Below, piece after piece: positions 1-9,712 of a stretch of DNA of 64,000 nt. The notes beneath the pieces are model-generated. The model ran no database searches and had not been told where the DNA came from. It was given only the letters and a program-made list of their open reading frames with translations. Both the position numbers and the translations under genes were made by a program. Source of the stretch: Escherichia phage vB_EcoM_01; the sequence record PP129558. One strand, 5' to 3'. How positions within the stretch are numbered: position 1 is the stretch's first letter; every line of letters begins with the position of its first letter.

Positions 1-35
1 NNNNNNNNNNNNNNNNNNNNNNNNNNNNNNNNNNN
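1..35. other. N-run at window start (unresolved sequence)
   Basis: 35 consecutive n. Confidence 0.99.
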
Positions 36-36
36 G

Positions 37-207
37 GTTATCTATGATAAGGAGACGCAAAGGGCGTATTCCCTACCTGCTGATATTGCCCCAGGTACTA
101 CTGCCATTAGTCTTAGTGCTGCTGTACTTGTGCATTCGGCGGGTTCTGTAGACCTTGGGGAATTAGCTGTATCTTGTGATTTAAAAAGTAATGAGAACAC
201 ACTATGA
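37..207 (+). CDS. 3' end of an upstream structural gene (5' truncated by window edge)
   Basis: Frame open from 37 to TGA at 205-207; stop overlaps ATG of next gene (ATGA). Confidence 0.4.
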   Translation, partial: VIYDKETQRAYSLPADIAPGTTAISLSAAVLVHSAGSVDLGELAVSCDLKSNENTL

Positions 208-446
208 GAAAATTTTTAATAGGTATGTTCTGTACATATCCTGATAATAAAGTCAGTTCTACGAAAGTCTGGAACGCTGTAGGCATGTCGGTTATGACAG
301 GCATGTTTATCTTTTTAGGAATAGAAAAAGAAATTCCTGAATGGATGGGTTGGGCTTTTGTTTTCATGATAACTCCTTCTCGCCTCATGAAAAATCTTAT
401 TGATTTACGCTGGGGCAGATCACAATCTACCAAAGAGGATGACTAA
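204..446 (+). CDS. small hydrophobic protein
   Basis: 80 aa ORF, hydrophobic core, stop/start junction with flanking plus-strand genes; competing antisense ORF 113-433 judged less likely. Confidence 0.45.
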   Translation: MRKFLIGMFCTYPDNKVSSTKVWNAVGMSVMTGMFIFLGIEKEIPEWMGWAFVFMITPSRLMKNLIDLRWGRSQSTKEDD

Positions 447-1933
447 TGGACGAATATGGTTTGACAGATGCGGGATTTGTAATCCCGACTTTTGACGATG
501 TTTTAAACAACTACATGACAGCAGTAAAAAACACATTTGGTGCAGATGCAGCCACTTCGGAAGATACTGTGATCGGACAACTGTTTAGAATAATTGCATA
601 CACAGATTACACATTGTGGGAAGGTATGCAAGGTGTTTATAATACTCAAACACTGGATGGTGCAGAAGGTATTTATCTTGATGAAATCTTTTCTAAACGC
701 GGTTTCTATCGAGCAGGTGCAGCAGCAAGTACAGGTTATGCATATGTTAAGAGTAATAACAAAGCAGCTTGGACTTATGAGCTAGGCACGGATATTTACT
801 TCAACTCTGATAGTGATATGAACTACTATGTTAGCACACCAACTATGTTGAATGCTAAGATTGCAGCTTATCAAATCTCTCGTGCTAATGCAACTGCTAC
901 AGGTGTTCCAAATATTACTTTTTATGCACAAAGTGCGGTCGATGGAGGACTAAACAGTAAAACACTTGCACCTGGTTCTTCTACATTTATAACCGATCTT
1001 GAAACTTTTATCAAGGCAAATTTAACAGAAGCTGATCGTAGTCTTGTATTTTCTGATTCAGGTAACTTATCAATTGGTTTTACTTCTTTAACCAGTGATA
1101 CTCCAGTGGGTCTGGTAACTCCTATTAAATTTTATGCTAGTGTTCCGGTTGGAACCAAATGGAGTGAGATTCCGGTAGTTGCAGCAGAGAAAGGATACAA
1201 TCCTGTTGGTGTGGAGTCTATTACAGGGATATCTTCTACCTTTACAGGTTATCTTGACAGTGGTAACTTCTATTCATTTTCTCCTGGTCGAGATGTTGAG
1301 ACAGACGCAGAATTCCGCTCTCGTTTCAATGACAACGTTGATGAAGCTAACGCAGGGACACGAGCAGCTATTGTGAAAGCTCTGTTGCTTACAGATGGTG
1401 TTACTAAGGTGAAGATTTATGATAACCCTACGTTACATGATCAAGAACACGCTCCAGCTATGACTTTCCAGACTATAGTTTATGGTGGCAGTGCAGAAGA
1501 AATTGCAAATGTTATCTATAAAACCAAACCAATTAACACTTTGACACACGGAACAACTAACATAACAGTTACAACAGAAGATGGAGGACAAGAAATTATT
1601 CGCTTCTCCCCTGGTGCTTCTGCTATGTATTCTGTAAAACTTGTTTATCAAACTGTCAACGGAACAACTTTAAGTGGAACAGAAAAACAAAACATCGTAG
1701 AAGCTTTACAAAACCTGCAAGCTTACTTTGAGTTAGGTTCTTCAGTAACAAACGATCAAATCAAAGGTGTTATTTATGCAGCACTTGCTTTTGGACGCTT
1801 GACTTCTCTTCGTGTTTATGTTAAACTTAATACTGAGGATGACAGTAAATATACAGAGAATAATATAGTTCCTGCTTATAATGTTGTCCCTTCTTTTGAC
1901 CTTGATAACATTTCTTACGAGTATGGAGTGTAA
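446..1933 (+). CDS. virion structural protein (tail/baseplate module), function unresolved
   Basis: 495 aa ORF, AAGAGG RBS upstream, first of a co-oriented tightly packed structural block. Confidence 0.7.
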   Translation: MDEYGLTDAGFVIPTFDDVLNNYMTAVKNTFGADAATSEDTVIGQLFRIIAYTDYTLWEGMQGVYNTQTLDGAEGIYLDEIFSKRGFYRAGAAASTGYAYVKSNNKAAWTYELGTDIYFNSDSDMNYYVSTPTMLNAKIAAYQISRANATATGVPNITFYAQSAVDGGLNSKTLAPGSSTFITDLETFIKANLTEADRSLVFSDSGNLSIGFTSLTSDTPVGLVTPIKFYASVPVGTKWSEIPVVAAEKGYNPVGVESITGISSTFTGYLDSGNFYSFSPGRDVETDAEFRSRFNDNVDEANAGTRAAIVKALLLTDGVTKVKIYDNPTLHDQEHAPAMTFQTIVYGGSAEEIANVIYKTKPINTLTHGTTNITVTTEDGGQEIIRFSPGASAMYSVKLVYQTVNGTTLSGTEKQNIVEALQNLQAYFELGSSVTNDQIKGVIYAALAFGRLTSLRVYVKLNTEDDSKYTENNIVPAYNVVPSFDLDNISYEYGV

Positions 1934-1935
1934 AA

Positions 1936-2565
1936 ATGGCAGTGAGTGTTGACCATGTAACAACTTGGGCCAGTATCAATGAAGACGTTAAAAACCTTCT
2001 GATTGAAGATTTTAAATCTTCTCCTAACATTGTCAAGCTCCTCTACATCGTATCCAGTGAAAAGCAAAAGATAGATCAGGCAATGATCTATCTTGCTAAA
2101 CACCGCTTGATCTCCACAGCCACAGGCAAATACCTAGATATCTTAGGAGAAGAAATGGGGATCGAACGTAATGGCTCTGATGATGAAGAGTATAGAACAA
2201 TATTAAAAATCAGGGCTTACCGCGTAGCCTCATCGGGGACTCGTGGTGACATAATTGATATCTTCGCCCGTTTCACAGGAACAGAGCGTGAAACGCTTAA
2301 TACTTACGTAGGTTTGAATAAAACCTTTGATGTGTTTTTCTACAACCTGTGTCTTCAATCTGATCAAGCTTTAGAGCAGTTGCTAAGTGTTTTCCCTATT
2401 ATTAGTAGCTACCGTCTTGGAGCAAAAGCAGGATCAGCTTTTGGTTTTAGTTCTTATTATGCTACCAAACCACCTCATGGTATTGGTGGTTTAGGTTCCC
2501 TGTACATGGAATCTACTGGGGATGAAACAGGACGCATGTGTACGCTTCTCAAGCAAATAGATTAA
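1936..2565 (+). CDS. structural module protein
   Basis: 209 aa ORF, 2-nt spacing from upstream gene, GGAG RBS. Confidence 0.65.
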   Translation: MAVSVDHVTTWASINEDVKNLLIEDFKSSPNIVKLLYIVSSEKQKIDQAMIYLAKHRLISTATGKYLDILGEEMGIERNGSDDEEYRTILKIRAYRVASSGTRGDIIDIFARFTGTERETLNTYVGLNKTFDVFFYNLCLQSDQALEQLLSVFPIISSYRLGAKAGSAFGFSSYYATKPPHGIGGLGSLYMESTGDETGRMCTLLKQID

Positions 2566-2574
2566 GGAGTTTAA

Positions 2575-3636
2575 ATGGCGAAGCCAATATATTATCCTGA
2601 CTGGGCTACACAAACTGTAACGCTCCCAGGAACTTTAAACACAAACAAAATTAGACCTAAAGAAACCATCCGCACAGTTGGTATGGATTATGGTCAAATC
2701 ATGACTTGCGAAGAAATGAACTGGATTCTTAATAATATCGGTTTATGGATTCGTTATTTGGTGGATGACTTTATTCCAACTTTACCTAATACTTACTTGC
2801 CTTTAGTTGGAACTAAGATTACAATGGCAGGTGATGCTACTGGTGAGGCTACTTGGAACGGTGATAAAGAAGTTATTTTATCTGTCCAAGTTCAAGATAA
2901 CAGTCATAATCACTTATCGGCAAACATTACAGATGCTACTAGTTCAATAGTAACACCAAATGTGTTGGTAAAACGTGATGCAGGTGGTGCTATTTATGGT
3001 GGTGATGTTTATGTTAATGGTACTTCCACAACAGATCCTGCAACCCTGTTTTTCAAGAACTTTGCAGGACAGACTAATGGTGAGATTTCTGCCGAATACC
3101 AAAGTGGAGGTCAGCTTTATATTTATCGTAGAAATCCTAGTACAGGTAGTGTAGCCGCAGGTGTTCGTTTATATGATGCAGGTTATGTTCTAATAGACAA
3201 TCCAAGATCAAACAATGGACAAGACACTTCTAACGGAAATGCCTTGGTTCGCTTAGATTATCTGAATTCTCGTTTGACTTCTCTTCAGAACACATTGCAA
3301 ACGAATATTAATACTGTTCAAAACAACCTGAATAGTGTTAACAACAACCTCTCTTCCCGTATAAACAATGTAGAAAGTAATCATCAAAGTCAGATTACAA
3401 ATAACTACAACTATGCTAATGGAACCTTTGTAAGAGATATTCGTTACACTAGCCAAGGTGTGTATTATCCGCCAGGGAACGAAGTTTCTTGGACTTATAT
3501 CTGTTCTTCTGGTTATGTTCTTTCTGGTATTATTGTTCAGGAAACAGGTCGTAGTTCTGCGGATAACATTGGTGGGGTTTACTTCAAACGCCTCCAGCGC
3601 AACGTTAACGGAAACTGGTACGATATTGGAGGCTAA
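2575..3636 (+). CDS. tail fibre-like protein
   Basis: 353 aa; Asn/Thr/Gly-rich with a coiled repeat segment (NTLQTNINTVQNNLNSVNNNLSSRINNVESN); AAGGAG RBS. Confidence 0.6.
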   Translation: MAKPIYYPDWATQTVTLPGTLNTNKIRPKETIRTVGMDYGQIMTCEEMNWILNNIGLWIRYLVDDFIPTLPNTYLPLVGTKITMAGDATGEATWNGDKEVILSVQVQDNSHNHLSANITDATSSIVTPNVLVKRDAGGAIYGGDVYVNGTSTTDPATLFFKNFAGQTNGEISAEYQSGGQLYIYRRNPSTGSVAAGVRLYDAGYVLIDNPRSNNGQDTSNGNALVRLDYLNSRLTSLQNTLQTNINTVQNNLNSVNNNLSSRINNVESNHQSQITNNYNYANGTFVRDIRYTSQGVYYPPGNEVSWTYICSSGYVLSGIIVQETGRSSADNIGGVYFKRLQRNVNGNWYDIGG

Positions 3637-4182
3637 ATGATATTTACAAATTTTAAAAAGTATATTCCTGAAGATCCTGAACTAAAAGAATTGGTAGAAG
3701 CAGAGAACATTCTTTTCCTTCGTTGTGATCAAGGTTACGATTGGTATGATTTACGTAGCACAGAATTCAATAACGATAAAATGAAAGTCGTTTTTGATGA
3801 TCAAAATCGTATTGTGTTTTGGAATACTGATCCTACACTACTTTGCCCTGAAGATCTTTCTATAGCACAAGTAGACTTTAATATAGATACTTTTGAGGAT
3901 ATTAGGAACAAGGTTTTGGATTTAGAAACCTTAACTCTTAAGGATAAAGAGTATTCCCGTGAAGAGTTGATGACGCAAGCTAGTGCAAAGATTCGCTCTT
4001 TACAAGAGACAGCGGTAGCACTTATAACACCTTTACAATATGCTAAAGATTTAGAAATGGCTACTGAAGATGAATTAGCTTATCTTAAAAATCTTCAAGT
4101 TTATGTGGTTAAACTAAACCGTGTTCCGCTTCAAAAAAACTATCCTTACACTATAGATTGGCCTACATTACCGACGGAATAA
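3637..4182 (+). CDS. hypothetical protein (possible fibre assembly/chaperone)
   Basis: 181 aa ORF directly following the fibre gene. Confidence 0.5.
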   Translation: MIFTNFKKYIPEDPELKELVEAENILFLRCDQGYDWYDLRSTEFNNDKMKVVFDDQNRIVFWNTDPTLLCPEDLSIAQVDFNIDTFEDIRNKVLDLETLTLKDKEYSREELMTQASAKIRSLQETAVALITPLQYAKDLEMATEDELAYLKNLQVYVVKLNRVPLQKNYPYTIDWPTLPTE

Positions 4183-4191
4183 GGGATCACT

Positions 4192-4527
4192 ATGGAATTT
4201 CAAGAAGCATGGGGACTTGCAAAGGATGCAATCATCCCTTTAATCGGAGTCATCTGGTTCTTTTTCAAACAAAAAATGGATAAATTCGGCTCTGATCTTG
4301 AGGAAATGGAGGAGAAAAGTCGAGAGCTAGAGAAGAAGTTGGTCTTTGTTGAATCAACTTATGCAACTAAAGCCGAACTTACCCAGATGCTAAATCAAAT
4401 TAACTCTACATTAATGGCAAATAATAACACTCTTGAGCAAAAGATTGAAAAGATTATGGACCTCAAGAATGCTACTATTCAAATGATGCTAGATGACATA
4501 GTTAAACGTACACAGAATAAGGGGTAA
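4192..4527 (+). CDS. small protein with N-terminal TM helix and coiled coil
   Basis: 111 aa, hydrophobic IIPLIGVIWFFF then charged coiled-coil-like region. Confidence 0.5.
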   Translation: MEFQEAWGLAKDAIIPLIGVIWFFFKQKMDKFGSDLEEMEEKSRELEKKLVFVESTYATKAELTQMLNQINSTLMANNNTLEQKIEKIMDLKNATIQMMLDDIVKRTQNKG

Positions 4528-4530
4528 TTA

Positions 4531-7500
4531 ATGGCAACATTCCCAACATATCCAGCAACGTCTCTTGAACAGGGCGTAGATCTGGTTATTTTCTCGTCTA
4601 ACCAACTCCATGATGTTATTAATGGAAGTGCTACAGAGAGTATTGAAACAGAATCAGGGTTGATACCAACCCTGAGAAAAGCCCTTGTTGACAACTTTTT
4701 CTTTAAAAGTCCATTAGATTGGGCGCAAGGCACAAACGAAACAGTTTTTAACCAACTTCGTTATTTCCAGAACGGAGTGTTGAGTGGTTATTACTATGCG
4801 CCTAATGCTACGCTGGTAAACCCAATTCCTATGCAAGGGACTCCAGTAGGAGATAACAACTGGGTATTGTGGGGACTGAAGACAGAACAACTAGCAACAG
4901 AAGTCACCCCTTGGGTATATTCTGGTGCAACTGGTTATGAAACAGTAATCAGTCCTCCCTACATCTTTGATAGTGCTATTGTTACAATCAATGGTGTTAT
5001 TCAGGTTCTGGGAGAAGCTTTCCGCATAGAAGATAGTAAAATCATTTTATCTGAACCTTTGGGACATGATCCTGCAACAGGACTGCCAAACAAGCTTTTT
5101 GCCTATATTGGTAAAATCGTAGCTTCCGCAGATACAGATCCTAACTTAGAAAACCGTCTTGTCAGTTTAGAAACAAAAACTGAAGAACTGACAGAAAGCA
5201 TGGATAAAGTACCTTTACAAACTATTGCTCGTAAATACGGTTTGTTGGATGATGAAGTAGCTTACGCAACAGCGGGTCAATCATTAACAGGGATTAAAGC
5301 TCTGTATGATCCGGTAGCACAATCTTCCTACACATTGCCTCCTAACATCACAGGGACTTTAACATCTTTGTCTGTTTCTGGAGTAATGACTTATTCTGGC
5401 GGATCTGTAGACCTTTCTGCATTAGCTGTTGAACGTGGACAGTTTGTTCATTTGCCTACAAGCTTTGGTAATAACGTAACTCTGACAGCTAAAAATCAGA
5501 CGATTGGGCGTGGCGCTGGTCGCTATCGTTGGGCGGGGAGTTTACCAAAAAGTATTTTAGCTTCTGATACATTGGAAACAAGTGGTGGATTAGGTCCAAA
5601 TGCATGGGTTCTAACTAATACAGAAGGACTGTTAACCCCTCGTGGTGGAACATACAACGATTTATTCGATGTTGTCTACTTGTCAGAATTTGCTAACAAT
5701 ACAACTACCTATGCCACACCAGAAGCAGCTTTCCAGGCGGCACTGTTAGCAGCAAAAGCTTCGAAAAGTAAGATTCTCGACGCTTACGGTTGTGATATGA
5801 CTTTCACGACAAGCTCTTTTGATATTCAAGATATCACTTTGCGTGGGGGTGTGTTCCGTGGTCAACGCGACTATCGTGTGCAAAATGCTACAGTAGAAGG
5901 CACAACTTTCCGTAACTCTCGTGTTATGTATTGGGGTGGTGCTGTGCGCATGTTCGATTGTTTGTGGGACGGTGCTCCTCGCGCAGGTCAAGTTGGTAGC
6001 TTGGTATTCCAAGGCAACCCAATATCAGGTACTTTTGAAATTGATAATTGTACTTTTAAAAATGGGTTATATGGCATCCTTCAACAAGGAACAGGGGAAC
6101 CAGTAACACGTGGTGTCTTCCGTAACCTTACCTTCATGGACATGCAAGGTGATGCAATAGAACTGAACGTCATCAATAAACATTATGACGATGGTTGTGT
6201 GATTGAGAATATTTACCTGTCTAATATCGATGGGACTAACGCTCCTATTCCTCTGTCCAACTGGGGTATCGGTATCGGTGTAGCTGGTAAAGGACCATAT
6301 GGTTACGGAATCCCTGATGATCAATATTGCAAGAATATTACAATTCGTAACGTTTTTGCAAAACGTTGTCGTCAGATTGTCCACGTAGAAGTTGGTCGTA
6401 ATATCTCTATCGAAAACATTCATGGCGATCCAGATCAAACCGTATCTGTTGGGACAGGTTTGGCAACAGGCGCAGTTGTAATGTATGGAAGTAAAGATTT
6501 TACGATTGACGGTGTTTACGGAGAGCCTAAAACAGACGGTAGCACACTTGCAAGTAATATCCGTATGATTTATTTGGAGTGGGGAACTAACGCAGTTCTG
6601 GACGAAGAGGGTAATCCGGTAGTTCCGGCACAGGGTAGACCTTCAAACCCATGCTTTAACTATTCTGTTCGTAACATTCACACCAAAACTGGGCGTGTTT
6701 TTGCGGGAGTTTCCGCTGGGCCAGGTTATGAAAACAGAGTTAGCTTTGAAAATATTCGTTGCGCTGCATTGCAGTTGTTCGGTATAGCTTCTTGGCTTTC
6801 AATGTCTAACATCACCTGTAATATCTTCGATTGTGTTGGTCAACCTGAATCTGGTCCAGGGACATTTTATGATGGATTCTTCCGTAGAGAAAAATCTGTT
6901 CTTGAAATGGTTAACGTAAACTGTTACCCAGATGGCAAGACGATGGTTACTGGTCGTCCACAGTGGAGCCGTTGCCGTTACTCGGATATTCATCGTGTCA
7001 ACTGTAATGTTGAAGCTAATATGTATACCAATATCGCAGGTGGTATTGGAGCTATTGTAGGGACAACGGGCAAAGTTTATTACTTAGAGCCTAATCCTAG
7101 TCGAAACATTGATGGAATGCATTTCCCAACAGGGAAAGAGTTTGACAAAGGTGATATGATAGTCAAGGCGGATAATACGTTCTTCCTTGTAACAACAAGT
7201 GGGGCATATATTCCAGATATCCCAGCTTTCGGTATTCGAGCTACACAAGCAGGAGATACCTTCCTGACACAGAACTTGACTCCTAACGGGACAGCAACAA
7301 ATGCTTCTTGGTTGTATCATTACCCTCTGTCAGCAGGGACACGTATCCGTATTCCTGGTGCTGGCGTAGGTGGAGCAGATTTGGACACAGTTATTACTCG
7401 TGCACCTTATCAAGATAATGATACGTGGACTAACCCAGTTAAAATAGACATTGCAGATCCAATTGTAACGCCTACAAGTGCTGGAGTTAGAATTAAAACC

Positions 7501-7584
7501 ATACCTAATGATTCCAGTAATGTTTCTGTAGGTAATACTGCGGTTATTCGCCCAACGCCAGTAGTAGATGTGCCAACAACCTAA
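4531..7584 (+). CDS. tailspike/tail fibre with parallel beta-helix-like repeats (possible polysaccharide depolymerase)
   Basis: 1017 aa; recurring short motifs (FRNLTFMDMQG, FRNSRVMYWGG, ITIRNVFAKRC, VRNIHTKTG) typical of right-handed beta-helix; followed by a hairpin. Confidence 0.6.
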   Translation: MATFPTYPATSLEQGVDLVIFSSNQLHDVINGSATESIETESGLIPTLRKALVDNFFFKSPLDWAQGTNETVFNQLRYFQNGVLSGYYYAPNATLVNPIPMQGTPVGDNNWVLWGLKTEQLATEVTPWVYSGATGYETVISPPYIFDSAIVTINGVIQVLGEAFRIEDSKIILSEPLGHDPATGLPNKLFAYIGKIVASADTDPNLENRLVSLETKTEELTESMDKVPLQTIARKYGLLDDEVAYATAGQSLTGIKALYDPVAQSSYTLPPNITGTLTSLSVSGVMTYSGGSVDLSALAVERGQFVHLPTSFGNNVTLTAKNQTIGRGAGRYRWAGSLPKSILASDTLETSGGLGPNAWVLTNTEGLLTPRGGTYNDLFDVVYLSEFANNTTTYATPEAAFQAALLAAKASKSKILDAYGCDMTFTTSSFDIQDITLRGGVFRGQRDYRVQNATVEGTTFRNSRVMYWGGAVRMFDCLWDGAPRAGQVGSLVFQGNPISGTFEIDNCTFKNGLYGILQQGTGEPVTRGVFRNLTFMDMQGDAIELNVINKHYDDGCVIENIYLSNIDGTNAPIPLSNWGIGIGVAGKGPYGYGIPDDQYCKNITIRNVFAKRCRQIVHVEVGRNISIENIHGDPDQTVSVGTGLATGAVVMYGSKDFTIDGVYGEPKTDGSTLASNIRMIYLEWGTNAVLDEEGNPVVPAQGRPSNPCFNYSVRNIHTKTGRVFAGVSAGPGYENRVSFENIRCAALQLFGIASWLSMSNITCNIFDCVGQPESGPGTFYDGFFRREKSVLEMVNVNCYPDGKTMVTGRPQWSRCRYSDIHRVNCNVEANMYTNIAGGIGAIVGTTGKVYYLEPNPSRNIDGMHFPTGKEFDKGDMIVKADNTFFLVTTSGAYIPDIPAFGIRATQAGDTFLTQNLTPNGTATNASWLYHYPLSAGTRIRIPGAGVGGADLDTVITRAPYQDNDTWTNPVKIDIADPIVTPTSAGVRIKTIPNDSSNVSVGNTAVIRPTPVVDVPTT

Positions 7585-7590
7585 TGGAAT

Positions 7591-7612
7591 AGAGGGGGAA
7601 TCCCCCCTCTTC
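7591..7612 (+). terminator. stem-loop downstream of tailspike gene
   Basis: agaggggg-aat-cccccctct inverted repeat, weak T tract. Confidence 0.4.
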
Positions 7613-7646
7613 TTCCAATAGAATGGTCTAATGATAGGAGAGATAA

Positions 7647-9671
7647 ATGAATTTAACAAGACCTAATAGTGCGATAGCCGATCTGGTAGAAGCTACTTAT
7701 CGAAAACGTCGCAGCTTTGAGGCAGGTTTTACATTACGTAATTCCCGTGAAGTTTTGCTGTTAGCAGCAGAAGGGAATTATTACCAATGGAAAGGAACTT
7801 TTCCTAAAGTAGTTCCAGCAAACTCTACGCCAGCCACCACAGGTGGTATTTCTTCCCTTGCATGGCAAAGTGTTGGGACCGCTGATGATATAGCAATTAT
7901 CAATGCCAAGTTTACGGCAGTGCAACAACAGATCGATGATTTGTCAGAAGCAATACCTGAAGCTGGTAAATCGGCTTATCAGATCGCACTTGATAATGGT
8001 TTTGTTGGAACAGAAGCACAATGGCTTGCTTCTTTGAAAGGGGATACTGGTGCTCAACTTAATATTAAAGGATCATTAGCAAGCACTAGTGAACTACCAT
8101 CTACAGGTAACGTTGCAGGGGATGGTTATATCGTAGGTGATGTTATTTACGCTTGGGACGGTTCTGTTTGGAAACTTATTTCTTCTCTTGGACCAGAAGG
8201 GAAATCAGCTTACGAGGTATGGTTGGCAGATGGTAATACAGGATCTGTTTATGACTTTCTTGCCTCTATAAAAGGTGATAAAGGAGACGTTGGTCCTACA
8301 GGTCCACAGGGTGCACCTGGTGTCAACGCTAATGGTTTTGATTATCGTGGGGATTTGCCTTCTACAAGTAACTTACCACAACCTAACTCTGAAAACGTAA
8401 GCCAAGCTTATTCTATCAGTGGTAATCTTTATGTCTCCAATGGGACAGCTTGGGTCAACATGGGTAATATTGTTGGTCCTCAAGGTCCACAAGGTGAGGC
8501 AGGTAAAGACGGTCTAGATGGAACAGATGGAGATGAAGGGAAATCTGCATATCAAAGTTGGCTGGATGCTGGTAATGAAGGGACAGAAGTAGATTTTATT
8601 GCCTCGCTTAAAGGTCCAAAAGGAGACAAGGGAGAGCAAGGAGAACGAGGACCACAAGGCGAATTAGGTCCACAAGGACCAGTGGGTGCAACAGGATCAG
8701 GTTTAGAGATTATCGGGGTTCTGAACAGCGAAGCTGAACTTCCTCCGACTGGAGAAGTAGGTGACGCATATAAAATTAATAATGATTTGTATGTTTGGGT
8801 TCAAGATGCTACGGAATGGATGAATGTTGGTAGTCTTGGAGGAACATCAATTACAGCTAAAGGTCATGTTCCGAACAGTGAAGCTCTACCTGTTTACAAT
8901 AACTATGGTGATGCTTACTTAACTGAAGACACTAGTAATCTTTACATCTATACCTACGATCAAGACACCAATTCCGCATCTTTTGTTGACATGGGAAGTA
9001 TTAAAGGCGACAAAGGTGAAAAAGGGGATAAAGGAGATAAGGGTGATCCTGGAACAAACGGAACCAACGGTACTGATGGGACCAACGGTAAGGACGGCGC
9101 ACAGTGGTTTGTAGCAACAACTAATCCAGTCACAGGAGACGGTGTTATCAATGATTACGCCTTCAATACTACTACTGGAGCAGTATTTAAGAAAACAGAT
9201 TCTTCTACGTGGACACTTATAGGAACTCTTCCTAGTATACCAGAAGCCCCTCAAGACGGCTTGACGTATGGTCGTTCTGATGGAAACTGGATCGAAATAT
9301 CAGGATCAGATCCTACGGAAGCTATAACACCAACTAAAGTTACAGCAGGTTTCATGGAACTTGAAACAACTACTGCCAACTCTGGAGCATCTTGGACTCC
9401 TTCTGGAACTTCCAATATGTATGTTGTTACAGTAACTGACGCTCTGACAGTTGGAGCATGGCCTGGTGTCACTGGCTCTACAAAACCTAAAGCGTTTTCA
9501 GCAATGATTTATTTGATTCAAGATACAACGGGACACACGGTTACACTAGATGCGTCTTATGGAGCACTAAATGATACAGAAATAGCAACTACTGCTAACG
9601 CAGTAACAATTTTGCAATTAACGTATCCTGGTGTGGGTGATATCGTGGACATGGTTGTTGTAACACGATAA
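7647..9671 (+). CDS. collagen-like repeat tail fibre protein
   Basis: 674 aa; several Gly-X-Y runs (GPQGPQGEAGKDGLDGTDGDEG; GPKGDKGEQGERGPQGELGPQGPVGATG; GDKGEKGDKGDKGDPGTNGTNGTDGTNGKDG) and three copies of GKSAY(Q/E)..L(D/A)..G..F(L/I)AS(L/I)KG. Confidence 0.8.
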   Translation: MNLTRPNSAIADLVEATYRKRRSFEAGFTLRNSREVLLLAAEGNYYQWKGTFPKVVPANSTPATTGGISSLAWQSVGTADDIAIINAKFTAVQQQIDDLSEAIPEAGKSAYQIALDNGFVGTEAQWLASLKGDTGAQLNIKGSLASTSELPSTGNVAGDGYIVGDVIYAWDGSVWKLISSLGPEGKSAYEVWLADGNTGSVYDFLASIKGDKGDVGPTGPQGAPGVNANGFDYRGDLPSTSNLPQPNSENVSQAYSISGNLYVSNGTAWVNMGNIVGPQGPQGEAGKDGLDGTDGDEGKSAYQSWLDAGNEGTEVDFIASLKGPKGDKGEQGERGPQGELGPQGPVGATGSGLEIIGVLNSEAELPPTGEVGDAYKINNDLYVWVQDATEWMNVGSLGGTSITAKGHVPNSEALPVYNNYGDAYLTEDTSNLYIYTYDQDTNSASFVDMGSIKGDKGEKGDKGDKGDPGTNGTNGTDGTNGKDGAQWFVATTNPVTGDGVINDYAFNTTTGAVFKKTDSSTWTLIGTLPSIPEAPQDGLTYGRSDGNWIEISGSDPTEAITPTKVTAGFMELETTTANSGASWTPSGTSNMYVVTVTDALTVGAWPGVTGSTKPKAFSAMIYLIQDTTGHTVTLDASYGALNDTEIATTANAVTILQLTYPGVGDIVDMVVVTR

Positions 9672-9673
9672 CA

Positions 9674-9700
9674 GAAGCCCCGAAAGGGGCTTTCTTTTTA
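9674..9700 (+). terminator. rho-independent terminator
   Basis: gaagcccc-gaaa-ggggcttt hairpin followed by ctttttat. Confidence 0.65.
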
Positions 9701-9712
9701 TGGAGGGTTTAA

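Noticed and set aside
113-433. Minus-strand 106-aa ORF at the window start
   Set aside because: It overlaps and is antisense to a plus-strand ORF that is translationally coupled to the flanking plus-strand structural genes.
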